Assembly (NCBI GenBank): GCA_050950505.1
Contig: JBMNHS010000001.1
Coordinates: forward strand, 960,001-1,024,000
DNA length: 64,000 nucleotides
Reading direction: 5' to 3'
DNA from: Candidatus Methanomethylophilaceae archaeon
Lineage (GTDB): Archaea; Thermoplasmatota; Thermoplasmata; Methanomassiliicoccales; Methanomethylophilaceae
The position numbers were made by a program, and so were the translations under genes. Below are positions 17,957 through 27,813 of the stretch, piece after piece. Under the pieces are notes generated by a model. That model ran no database searches and had not been told where the DNA came from. It worked only from the letters and a program-made list of their open reading frames with translations. Positions within the stretch are counted from its first letter, which is position 1; each line of letters begins with the position of its first letter.

Positions 17957-20097
17957 CCTTCCACCGCCGGGACCAGCAGCATATTCGCAAGTTTGCGTCC
18001 GAACTTCAAAACCCCGTCCAGTCCAACGTCGGGTCTGCTGTAACTCATTATTTTGGCATCAAGGGACGTCAGACCGCTGTCAGTTAGAATGAGGTCGGGT
18101 TTAAACTTGTCAACGTCCGACTTCAAATCCAGTATGTCGTAATCTTCGGCATAGGGAATTCCCAATCCGTCATATCTCGGATCGAGACCCTCTTTCCGTT
18201 CGTGTCTCGGCCCCATGCCTATTTTGACGATTTCCACATCCAAGTCCGACAGTATTTCCAAAAGCCAGAACATGTCCGGGGTGAATCTGTTCTCGATGAT
18301 GACGCGTTTCCCTTTCAGCTTTTTCTTCAGCCTTTCCACTTCAGAAAGATATTTTCTTTCCCCCTGTTTGCAAACTTCTTCGGCTTTGTTTTCTATGCCG
18401 AAAAGATTTCCTATCTTTTTATGGAATTCTTTGTAACTTCTGAGTCCGACGGGCAGCGTCTCTTTTTCGACCCGCAGACCGGTTTTGGACTCGAAGAGAC
18501 GGACTATGCTCTTCGATTCGGATTCATCGGAAGCGGCGAAGGTAAATTTCCCTTTCTTTATGTTCTTCATGGAATCCATGGATGTTTCATACATGAATCT
18601 GCAATTTATCCGTATTCCGAGTTCGGAGAACAAATCGGCGGTGCTTTTATCCGGAAGACGTCCCCGTCTGAAGAGATATCTTTCGGCCACGGTGTTTACC
18701 GTCATGTCCTCGGAAATCACGTCATTATCCACGATGTCGAGCATAGCCTCGGCGGATGCGATGTACCCTTCACCCATGTCCCCGGTAATGTTTCCGTCCG
18801 CTTCGATGATTCTGAAATAAAGTTCAGGGTATTCGTTGCTTACGGCGTTCACGACATCCATCGCATTGTCTCCGATTATTCCCGAAGCGCAGGTCGTCAC
18901 AATAAAGAAACTCTTATGTCCCTCCAGTATCAAATCCCGTATCTTCTGTTCAAGGGATCCCGCCCCTCCGAACACCGATATGGTGTCATCCATTTCGGTG
19001 GAGTGCACGTTTGAAGACCGGAAATCCGTGCCGTGTCCTCTCTTGATTTCGGCAATGACCTTCAAAGTGTACATTATATGGGCGCAGCTTCTGGGCCCGT
19101 GAACAATAATGACGGCATCGGTGACGGACATACATCCGTACACGGCCCCGACGGCGGCACAATAGTTGATTATCTTTTTCTTGGTGGTTGTTTTTTTCCC
19201 GGTTGTCGTTTTCATGCAGGCAAGACAGCCTTCCGGCAACAGATTCGGCATTCCGCGGTTTCCGAGGACGCGTTCCCCTTTGGCTATCCTGCCCATTTCT
19301 GCATCGTCAAGCGGATAAGAGCCCAGGAGTTCGGTTTCACCGTTTTTTATACTCAGTATGTGTGACGATATCTTCTCAAACTCTTTTGCGGAATCGGAAT
19401 CGGGATAAAGTTCCGACACGGTCTTTCCCGCAGATTCCGCCTCTGCGAAATATTCACTTCTGGGAATGCGGGCGACAATCGGCAATCCCACGGCTTCGGC
19501 GAACCTTTCCACCATGTCATATTCGTTCTCCATTCCTCTGTGGTTCAGTATTATACCGGCGACTCTCGGAGTCCCCTTGTCAAAATTTCTTATCCCTTTC
19601 AGTATGTTGTTGGCGGCGTAGACCGACATGAATTCCCCGGAAGTGACCAGATAGACGCCGTCCGCATATTCGTTTCTCAAAGGTACGGCGAACCCGCCGC
19701 AAACCACATCGCCGAGGACATCGTATATTTTTACATCTAAATCCAAACCCTCCACGCCCAGATTCTTAAGGGTTTCGAATGTGCTGAGTATTCCTCTTCC
19801 CGCGCAGCCTATGCCCGGTTCCGGTCCGCCGGCTTCCACGCACCGTATGCCCCTCACGCCGTTAAGCACTATGTCCTCAAGATGTCTGTCGTACGGCGGA
19901 GTCTTTCTCATATAGTCGAGGACAGTCGTCTGCTCGTTTCCGTCCAAAAGTAGCCGTGTGGAATCATGTTTCGGATCGCATCCGATTTGGAGTACTTTCT
20001 TTCCCATTCCTGCCAGTATATAGGATATGTTGGCGGACACCGTGGATTTGCCTATGCCGCCTTTGCCGTAAACGGCAATCTGAAGGGCTCCGTTCAT
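17938..20097 (-). CDS. Nitrogenase-like fusion: NifH-type Fe protein plus component-1 (NifD/E-like) domain
   Basis: YGKGGIGKST, GCDPKHDST, GGPEPGIGCAGRG and DVLGDVVCGGF; then YCAAVGA, HGPRSC and TTCASGIIGD. Confidence 0.88.
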   Translation of the reverse strand: MNGALQIAVYGKGGIGKSTVSANISYILAGMGKKVLQIGCDPKHDSTRLLLDGNEQTTVLDYMRKTPPYDRHLEDIVLNGVRGIRCVEAGGPEPGIGCAGRGILSTFETLKNLGVEGLDLDVKIYDVLGDVVCGGFAVPLRNEYADGVYLVTSGEFMSVYAANNILKGIRNFDKGTPRVAGIILNHRGMENEYDMVERFAEAVGLPIVARIPRSEYFAEAESAGKTVSELYPDSDSAKEFEKISSHILSIKNGETELLGSYPLDDAEMGRIAKGERVLGNRGMPNLLPEGCLACMKTTTGKKTTTKKKIINYCAAVGAVYGCMSVTDAVIIVHGPRSCAHIMYTLKVIAEIKRGHGTDFRSSNVHSTEMDDTISVFGGAGSLEQKIRDLILEGHKSFFIVTTCASGIIGDNAMDVVNAVSNEYPELYFRIIEADGNITGDMGEGYIASAEAMLDIVDNDVISEDMTVNTVAERYLFRRGRLPDKSTADLFSELGIRINCRFMYETSMDSMKNIKKGKFTFAASDESESKSIVRLFESKTGLRVEKETLPVGLRSYKEFHKKIGNLFGIENKAEEVCKQGERKYLSEVERLKKKLKGKRVIIENRFTPDMFWLLEILSDLDVEIVKIGMGPRHERKEGLDPRYDGLGIPYAEDYDILDLKSDVDKFKPDLILTDSGLTSLDAKIMSYSRPDVGLDGVLKFGRKLANMLLVPAVEGWRLEE

Positions 20098-20582
20098 ATG
20101 GTGGAATATACATCCAATTTAAATAAAAGGCTTGGAATTTTTAGGCTTGTAGGGGAGTATTGGGAGCATCAGTGTTTTATGCCAAGCAATTTAAAAATTT
20201 CTCTCTTTTCGGTCACGATGCACAGATTAATTTTCTCTTTGCAAATATGAAACATTCCGAGTGCTGTGACAAGCCGGGAGCCACGTGCATGTTTTATTTT
20301 CAAAAGACTTGGTTCGACAATCATTGCAGACGTATCAATATCTTCAAACATTACACAGACGGGCCTAAAATTGTTTTTAATCCGAACAGGAGTTTTTTCT
20401 GTTAACGATTCAACATACGGATTGTTCTTTCCTGTGTCGTCGATATTTTCGACCGGTGGGTGCCTGAACGAATATTATATTATTCTTTTTACGTTTTTTA
20501 TATTTGATATAAATACAGATGAACATTTATAGTTAGATGACCATAAATGGGTAAGGCAACGCCTTACAAATTTGGTGATGTT

Positions 20583-22781
20583 ATGAGGTTAAAATCTCTG
20601 TTGGCGGCATTGATTGCTGTAGCGATGATTTCCGTACCCTTTGCGGCAGTCGTCGGAGTACAGGATGTTTATGCCGATGATGGTGAAGACGCAGGTGTCA
20701 AAGTCGGAGATGCCTGGGGATTCAGCGCGACTTTGGATTCGTTTGATGATTTTGAAGAATTCGGAGAATCTTTGGAGGAGATACTCGGAGAATTCTTCGG
20801 TGAAGAGGGTGAAGAATTCTCACTTTTGGATTTTATCATGGATATCTTAAGTCCTGATGAATATGCCGATGAAGACGACGGCGAAGGAGAAGGTTCCGAT
20901 TTTGATGAACTTCTCAGTGAAGAGGATTTGGAAATCATTTTGGATATCTTTGAAAAGTTGGCTACACTTAAGTTCAATATCGTCATTGCAGGAATCATTG
21001 AAGTCACACAGGCTGACGAAAACGGATACACCGTGTCTGTCGATGCAGGCGTCAGCGCTGATGTTTCATTGAAAGTGGACATCAACAGTCTCGAAAAGAT
21101 GTATGAAGAGATAGCGGAAATGATTCCCGAAGAAGGCGAAGGAGACTACAGCGAAATCTGGGAGACGATTGAACACATTCTTGAAATGGCACCCGACTAC
21201 ATCGGAGACGGCAAACTGTTTGTCAAACTCGATCTCCTGCTCGCTTTGATGTTGTCCGGGACTGTCATGTATGATTCCGATTGGGAATTAAAGAACGCAG
21301 ACATTTCCACCGATCTTGTCGGTACGGTCGGACTTGAAACGAATGTGGATATAGTCGGAACAATCTTTGAATTTATATTCAATGAAGATGATTCCTCGTT
21401 ACCCACGTCCCTGCTCCAATATTTGGATGACGGAGAAAGGGATGTCTACAGCGTCACGGTCGGATTATCCTTCGATAATACCGTGTATACCGTCGGTGAT
21501 TCCGTTCTGGATACTGTCGTTATGGGCATAACTGTCGATGCGGAAGCACCGGTATCCTTGCTTGTTGCGCTTAAATTTATACTCGAGATTCCGAATGAAA
21601 TATACCGGACGGGATCGAATCTGCAATTTAGTTTGGCTGATGCAAATGTAAGTTATGAGTACGGTTATGATGAAGCAATTCCTTTGCTCTATATCGTCGA
21701 TGAAGCCATCTATCTAACAGTTATCAAAGCTGATGAGGCGGATGATGCTGACGGAGACAAGTCTGTACTTTTCCTGGAAGGACCGGATAAGACTGCCGTT
21801 CGCAACGATTTCAAGAAAGTCAAAAACACATACAACGGCATGGTTTCCAAGGTTGGTCCTTCCAATGTAACATTATATGGTCTGGAATATGACGAAGAAG
21901 AGGACGAATTCGAATTTGTCGTGTCGGAGAAAATTGAGGTTCCCTTTAACAAGAGGATGACGAATCTCCCGGTCCTGGATAATCTTGTTCTCGGAGAAGA
22001 AGATGAGTATGTTGAGTACAAGCATGTCGGATGGGGGTGCATCAATACGGAACCCGGAGACGTCGTGGAATACGACGACTACGAGGATATGACAATCTGG
22101 AATCCTGCCTGGAAAGTAAAGGGAGACCTAAAACTGTATCCGATATATGCATACGTATACGAAGATTTAGAAGATACGCTCGGTTACTTGAGTTCCATTT
22201 TCTACTTCGATCTTGTTTATGTCAAAGTAGATATCAACGAACTTGATGATGTCGGCTTGGATTTCGAATCTGGAGCACTTCTGTATATCGACGTGTACGA
22301 TGGAGACAAGTTCCTTTACACATGGAAGATAGGCAGTCCCAATGGAATATGGGGTGGAGAGATAACCAACTTCAGGATTGGAGTTTTGAATGAAGGAGAT
22401 CTTTTCAATGAAGCCAAGAAAGAACTTGACGGATCCGTTCTGTTCCTGAACTTCAGTTCATCGGGAACGACACCGTTTGGGACCACCGTGAGCTACAACG
22501 TTGAAGGAGTGTTCAGCGACGGCACGGAACTGTATGTGTATCTTGTGCTCGAAAACGAGGAAGGAAAATTCCTGGGATTGGAACCCATGGGTATTTACGT
22601 TGTTGACGGCAACACGGTTCTGTTCAATGTACCTCACTGTTCCGTATACGCATTGAGCGCAATACCCCAGTCCTCTTCATCCGATGGCGGGTTGTCCACG
22701 AGTGTATACGCAATAGTTGCCGTGGTCGCAATCCTTCTGGTTGCGGGTGTGGCGTACGTCATGTTCAGCAGGAGGGGCTGA
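20583..22781 (+). CDS. Highly acidic secreted surface protein with C-terminal TM anchor (paralog A)
   Basis: GGTGAT RBS before MRLKSLLAA signal peptide; D/E-rich; VPHCSVYAL, Ser-rich linker, TM helix, SRRG. Confidence 0.8.
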   Translation: MRLKSLLAALIAVAMISVPFAAVVGVQDVYADDGEDAGVKVGDAWGFSATLDSFDDFEEFGESLEEILGEFFGEEGEEFSLLDFIMDILSPDEYADEDDGEGEGSDFDELLSEEDLEIILDIFEKLATLKFNIVIAGIIEVTQADENGYTVSVDAGVSADVSLKVDINSLEKMYEEIAEMIPEEGEGDYSEIWETIEHILEMAPDYIGDGKLFVKLDLLLALMLSGTVMYDSDWELKNADISTDLVGTVGLETNVDIVGTIFEFIFNEDDSSLPTSLLQYLDDGERDVYSVTVGLSFDNTVYTVGDSVLDTVVMGITVDAEAPVSLLVALKFILEIPNEIYRTGSNLQFSLADANVSYEYGYDEAIPLLYIVDEAIYLTVIKADEADDADGDKSVLFLEGPDKTAVRNDFKKVKNTYNGMVSKVGPSNVTLYGLEYDEEEDEFEFVVSEKIEVPFNKRMTNLPVLDNLVLGEEDEYVEYKHVGWGCINTEPGDVVEYDDYEDMTIWNPAWKVKGDLKLYPIYAYVYEDLEDTLGYLSSIFYFDLVYVKVDINELDDVGLDFESGALLYIDVYDGDKFLYTWKIGSPNGIWGGEITNFRIGVLNEGDLFNEAKKELDGSVLFLNFSSSGTTPFGTTVSYNVEGVFSDGTELYVYLVLENEEGKFLGLEPMGIYVVDGNTVLFNVPHCSVYALSAIPQSSSSDGGLSTSVYAIVAVVAILLVAGVAYVMFSRRG

Positions 22782-22795
22782 AATAAACTCTAAAA

Positions 22796-22826
22796 CCGGG
22801 GCAATTCCCCGGTAATTATTTTTTTA
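22796..22826 (+). terminator. Hairpin plus T-tract terminator, nearly repeated after paralog B (about 25540-25571)
   Basis: ACCGGGG-CAATT-CCCCGGT followed by a T-run. Confidence 0.65.
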
Positions 22827-23328
22827 TTATGATGCTTTTGCGTCATAGAGCGGACGTTCGTACGCTATGAAATATGACCGTCACTGACGTATGCGTAAGA
22901 TTGTGACACGGTATTTTTGATTATTGGTATCGTCAATCACCCTGTGATAAAAATTTCCATTTTCGGTTTCATGTGTTATGGAATTTTCGTTGTCCGTGAC
23001 GGTGTAAAACGCAACGTTAATTCAAGCATCTCAAATCCCTGCATATCAATGACGAATGTTTCTTTTGAATCCTATCTTAAAATATCTGAATTATGCCTAA
23101 TTTAAAACGGTTATCTTATGATTATTTCATAAACGGTTCAACTTGGAATGATGCCGTCATACGCATGGACGCGATCGGTTTGCGTTGACACACATATTAT
23201 ATAGTATTGTTTTTTAATATTATTATATTGCGAAAAGAATATAAATTAGCATTTATAGTTAAATAGCGTTAACACAATAGGGTAATGCCTTACAAAATTT
23301 GGAATGTCTTATGAGGTTTGGTGATGTT

Positions 23329-25525
23329 ATGAGGTTAAAATCTCTGTTGGCGGCATTGATTGCTGTAGCGATGATTTCCGTACCCTTTGCGGCAGTCGTC
23401 GGAGTACAGGATGTTTATGCCGATGAAAGTGAAGAGTTAGACGTCAAAGTCGGAGATGCCTGGGGATTCAGCGCGACTTTGAATTCGTTTGATGATTTTG
23501 AAGAATTCGGAGAATCTTTGGAGGATATACTCGGTGAATTATTCGGCGAAGGTTTCACTGTTACAGATCTTCTGGAAATGATTCTCGGTTCCGGTGACGA
23601 TGATGACGATGACGAAGACGATTTTGATTTCAGCAGTCTTTTCGATATCGGCGAAGATGACTTGAAAATTCTTTTGGAAATCTTTAATGCGTTGGAAATA
23701 ATTGATTTCAATATCGTCATCGCAGGAATCATTGAAGTCATACAGGCTGACGAAACTGGATACGCAATTGCTGTCGATGCAGGCGTCAGTGCTGAGGTTT
23801 CATTGAACATCGAAGAGAATCTTGTCGATATACTCGGTACCGTAGAGGATTTGGCTCCTCACGAATACGATGATGACAGTATCTGGAATAAAATCATTTC
23901 ACTTCTTGGGGAAGACAGTTTCTTCGGAACGGGCGATTTGCTTGTCGATCTCAATCTCTCGCTCGCTTTGATGTTATCCGGAATAATCAAGCTCGATCCC
24001 GATTGGAATCTAAAGCACGTAGAATTTTCTGTTGACATCGTCGGCACGGCTAGCCTTGAAACCAATATAGACCTGTACGGAACATTGGTTGGAATAATTG
24101 ACGCCTTTAATAACCTTGGAGATCCCGATTACACGATGCCCACTGTTGAATATTTGGATGACGGTACAGACGTTTTCAGTTTCGAGATTAGATACTCCAC
24201 CGATACTGCCACATATTTTGGTAAAGATATCATAAACAGATACTAATGTCATGGGCTTCACCATTGATGTGACTGCACCGGAGGCAATACTTTCGATTTT
24301 ATCCCTTATTACGGGCAAATTGTGTGATGAGGGAGAAACATCCCTGGAATTCAGTACCGCAAACGTGGAAACCCAGTACGGTGTCCAAGATTCTTCGGAT
24401 AGTTCCGAACTCGAATTTATTCGCTCTATAGTGAGCCTCGGTAATGAGTCCGGTCTTTTCCTGGAAGACACGGGAAAGACTGCCGTTCGCAACGATTTCA
24501 GGAAAGTCGAAGACGCATATAGTGGTCTGGTTTCCGAGTTCGGCCCCTGCAAAGTGACCTTTTGTGACATTGCGTATGATGAAGATACCCCGGATGAACC
24601 GGATTTCGTTGTGTTGAGTGAAATTGATGTTCCCTTTAATGGAAAAATTACAGGTTTTCCCGTTTTAGATAATGTCACTTATGACGAGGGAGCCACAATG
24701 TACAAGCATGTCGGATGGGGGTATGTTCCAGTTGAATACAGGGATTGTGATTACGGAGAGTATTATAATTTCATGATAAACTGGAATCCTGCCTGGAAAG
24801 TAAAGGGAGATGTGAATCTGTACCCCATATTCGCAAAGATACACACAAGTCTGGCTGATGCGCTCGATGAGTTAGGGAATGATTATGAGCCGTTCCATTA
24901 TGCCAAGGTTGACATCAGCAATTTGACAGATGATGGCGAATATCTCTTTGATGCATACGGAACTCTGTTTGTTGAAGTGTACGATGGCAACAAGTACCTT
25001 TACACCTGGATTATATCGGGCGACGAATCGGACGAGGACGATGGATTGATAACCAACTTCGGAATCAACACTCTGGAAGAAGGGAGTCTTTTCAATGACG
25101 CCATGGGCGAATTTGACGGATCCGTTCTGTTTCTGAACTTCAGTTCGTCAGGACCGACGCCTTCGGGAACTGCCGTGAGCTACAACGTCGAAGGTGTGTT
25201 TGAAGACGGTATGGAAGTGTATGTGTATCTGGTGCTTGAAGACGATGACGGTGCCTTCCTTGGATTGAAACTTATGGGTGTTTACGTCGTCGACGGCAAC
25301 GCGGTTCTGTTTAACGTGCCTCATTGTTCCGTATACGCACTGAACGCAATACCTCAGCCCTCTGACCCGTCCAACGACGGTCCGTCGACCGATGACAATC
25401 CGCCCTCCGGTGAAGGTTCATCATCCGATGGCGGTTTGTCCACGAACGTATACATGATAGTCGCTGTGGCCGCAATCCTTCTGGTTGCGGGTGTGGCGTA
25501 CGTCATGTTCAGCAGGAGGGGCTGA
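23329..25525 (+). pseudogene. Paralog B of the acidic surface protein, split by a one-base frameshift near 24234-24236
   Basis: ORFs 23329-24246 and 24251-25525 match consecutive parts of paralog A; removing one A from ATAAACA restores GKDIITDTNVMG (paralog A: GDSVLDTVVMG). Confidence 0.8.
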
Positions 25526-25560
25526 AACAAACCCTAAAAACCGGGGCAAGTCCCCGGTAT

Positions 25561-26046
25561 TTATTCTTTTTTCAATCTTGATATTTTTCTGAGCTGGCCG
25601 ATATACAGTTCGTGCATCTCATTGGATTTCTTTTTCAGCGCGACGGCTTCCTTTTTCAGCCTGTGTGCTTCTCTGTTGCACTCATCAATCATTCTTTCGA
25701 ATTTTATCCGGTCCGATTCGGCTTTCTTTTCTTTCATGCGCATGCTTTTGGCCGCTTGGGAATACATGTTGATCTGATTCCTCTCGGTGGTCAGGTCCAA
25801 AGCGTTTTTGCCTTTCCGTTCATCATGCCGAGTCCTCCAGGATTCGGCTTTGTTCTCGGAATCCATGGCTTCCCTGGAACACTCATCCCTCATCTTGGAG
25901 GAATTTCCGGCTTTGGAAGACAGGGTTTTGACTTTTTTCACAAGAGCTCTGTGTTCGTCCATCATACGTTCCGATGCGGTGATGAGATTTTCGGCTTCCG
26001 ACCGGTACTCTTCTGCCAACCTTTCCGTTTCGGCAATCTCTTCCAT
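25561..26046 (-). CDS. Hypothetical charged coiled-coil protein
   Basis: 161-aa ORF rich in E/K/R/A, all-helical character. Confidence 0.65.
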   Translation of the reverse strand: MEEIAETERLAEEYRSEAENLITASERMMDEHRALVKKVKTLSSKAGNSSKMRDECSREAMDSENKAESWRTRHDERKGKNALDLTTERNQINMYSQAAKSMRMKEKKAESDRIKFERMIDECNREAHRLKKEAVALKKKSNEMHELYIGQLRKISRLKKE

Positions 26047-26120
26047 GTTCCGTTATATTTGTGTCTGATTTAATCCTGTGCGGGAAAAATGTATATCCTC
26101 GGTTCTGATTAACGGCATTC

Positions 26121-26369
26121 ATGTCCGATGAGAGTTACAAAAAATGCAGAACCTGCCGTTTCTGCGATCACGCCGACAGCAAGTGGATTTGTCGGTTCAC
26201 CGGCGAAAACAACGATTCCGACGGAACCTGTAATAAGTACAGGCCCGGAATCTGTGAAACATGCAACTCTTATTACATCGAAGACGGAAAAGAAATGTGC
26301 GGTATGAATTCCCGGGAAACCTTCGGACTGGATGTCTGTTCCATGTACGATCCCGGATATTCAGGATGA
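26121..26369 (+). CDS. Small Cys-rich protein with two tandem C-x2-C-x11-C-x12-C-x2-Y-x-PG repeats
   Basis: Identical Cys spacing in both halves of an 82-aa ORF. Confidence 0.75.
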   Translation: MSDESYKKCRTCRFCDHADSKWICRFTGENNDSDGTCNKYRPGICETCNSYYIEDGKEMCGMNSRETFGLDVCSMYDPGYSG

Positions 26370-27347
26370 ACTTTTTTCGGCTTTGCGTCTGTTCAGGGAG
26401 TTTTTGACGCTGGATTTGGCATTGCTTCTTCCCATAAGGACATTCTTTGCCGTTTCCGGAATTCCAAGCATGACTATATTGTCCGTAACTCCGACGCAGG
26501 ATTCCATTTCTTTTCTGACCTGCGAATAGGAATTTTGCAGATTGCCGATCACGGAATTCATGATACCGGTTATCTCGTAGAGATTTTCATTGACGAAATC
26601 ATCTCTGTTTTTGAATTTACCGGAACATCGACCTGAGTTGCATACCGCATCTCCGTAAGCGGCGTCAAGTCCGCCGCGGTCTTCCATAAAATCGGAATAC
26701 CGTGCCAAAAACGGATTGTAGGTTCCGTCCAGATAATCATCGTTCAGATCGTCAACGGCATCCATAATGTACACTATGGAAGTCAAATGTTCAAACAGAT
26801 CCGCGGTGTGTTCGCTGAAACCTCCGCCGGATATGTCATCGAGAGGACGGGAAAGTGTTCTGCCGAATTCGGTGCCCATTCTGACGGCGTCGGTACATCC
26901 GTCCAATTCCATCTCCCTGAGCCTTCTGTATCCTTCGCCGACTATTCCGTCATATTCGGGATACAGCTCTTCGGCTTTCCGAATGGCTCGGTTCATGGCC
27001 AAAGAAATAAGTTTGGTTCTCGGGGAAGGTTTGTCGTAATCGTCGTCAACTAATTCCCATTTGGTAAGCAACACGGTATACCCCGCCATTTTTTGCATAA
27101 GATCCGATTTGGCATAAGGACCTCTGAAAACGCAAAAACTCGTTTTCGTGGATTCGAAATCCGTTATATCGCCGTATATGGAATTCAGCACTATGGTGTT
27201 GAATGTCATGTCGTAGTTCACGGCGGCCGTGGATATCAGGCCGAAGGAATCCCTCAGTCCGTGACAGGCTTCACAGTAATACCTACGGTAATCTATGAGG
27301 TCGTTGGCTGACAAACGGGGATACATAGGCAGTGTATATCCAAACAT
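26361..27347 (-). CDS. DUF5685-like protein with two Asp-rich motifs
   Basis: MFGY start, YRRYYCEACHGL, NYDMTF, ELVDDDYD and YIMDAVDDLNDD..GTYNPF. Confidence 0.72.
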   Translation of the reverse strand: MFGYTLPMYPRLSANDLIDYRRYYCEACHGLRDSFGLISTAAVNYDMTFNTIVLNSIYGDITDFESTKTSFCVFRGPYAKSDLMQKMAGYTVLLTKWELVDDDYDKPSPRTKLISLAMNRAIRKAEELYPEYDGIVGEGYRRLREMELDGCTDAVRMGTEFGRTLSRPLDDISGGGFSEHTADLFEHLTSIVYIMDAVDDLNDDYLDGTYNPFLARYSDFMEDRGGLDAAYGDAVCNSGRCSGKFKNRDDFVNENLYEITGIMNSVIGNLQNSYSQVRKEMESCVGVTDNIVMLGIPETAKNVLMGRSNAKSSVKNSLNRRKAEKSSS

Positions 27348-27437
27348 TCAATCCACCCCTAAACGGTCAAACGTTTAATATATTCGTATACGGTACCAGA
27401 TGATTATTTACGATACAGAGTATCGTCCGGTGAAATC

Positions 27438-27779
27438 ATGTCATGTGCATCAAAAGCTGATAAAAAAACTGCGGCGAAGACCGAAGTTGAACTAGAATCC
27501 GATGTTGTTGAAGAAACAGTCAAAGACAATCGGGTATTGATGACTAACAAAGTATACACGCGTCAGATGCCTGATGTGTTGCCGGAGAATTATAACGAGG
27601 CAGAGGACGAACGTTCGCTTCACGGCAACAGAAAATGTTACGATTGCTGCACGGACGAACACGGGTGCTGCAGTCCCGGCTGTACAATCTGTCTTGTGGG
27701 TGTGGCGGCCGTATGCTGCTTGCTCTGTTGCTACACAACAGACGGTTTCAACGGCATCTGGACTTACTGGCCGAACTGA
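27438..27779 (+). CDS. Cys-rich peptide; candidate radical-SAM substrate or RiPP precursor
   Basis: GGTGA RBS; charged 66-aa N-region, then 11 Cys in CYDCC..GCC..GCTIC..VCCLLCC and a WTYWPN terminus; 34 bp upstream of the SPASM enzyme. Confidence 0.72.
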   Translation: MSCASKADKKTAAKTEVELESDVVEETVKDNRVLMTNKVYTRQMPDVLPENYNEAEDERSLHGNRKCYDCCTDEHGCCSPGCTICLVGVAAVCCLLCCYTTDGFNGIWTYWPN

Positions 27780-27813
27780 TGGTGTTCCATCCACTGTTTG
27801 AAACGGTGGTCTC

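Noticed and set aside
16676-20097. True nitrogenase (N2 fixation)
   Set aside because: No nifB/EN/I context, no recognisable FeMo-co ligand motifs, and the partner subunit lacks the expected Cys pattern
22826-23200. Short hairpins between the surface paralogs suggesting an ncRNA or riboswitch
   Set aside because: Stems are short and imperfect and match no family I recognise
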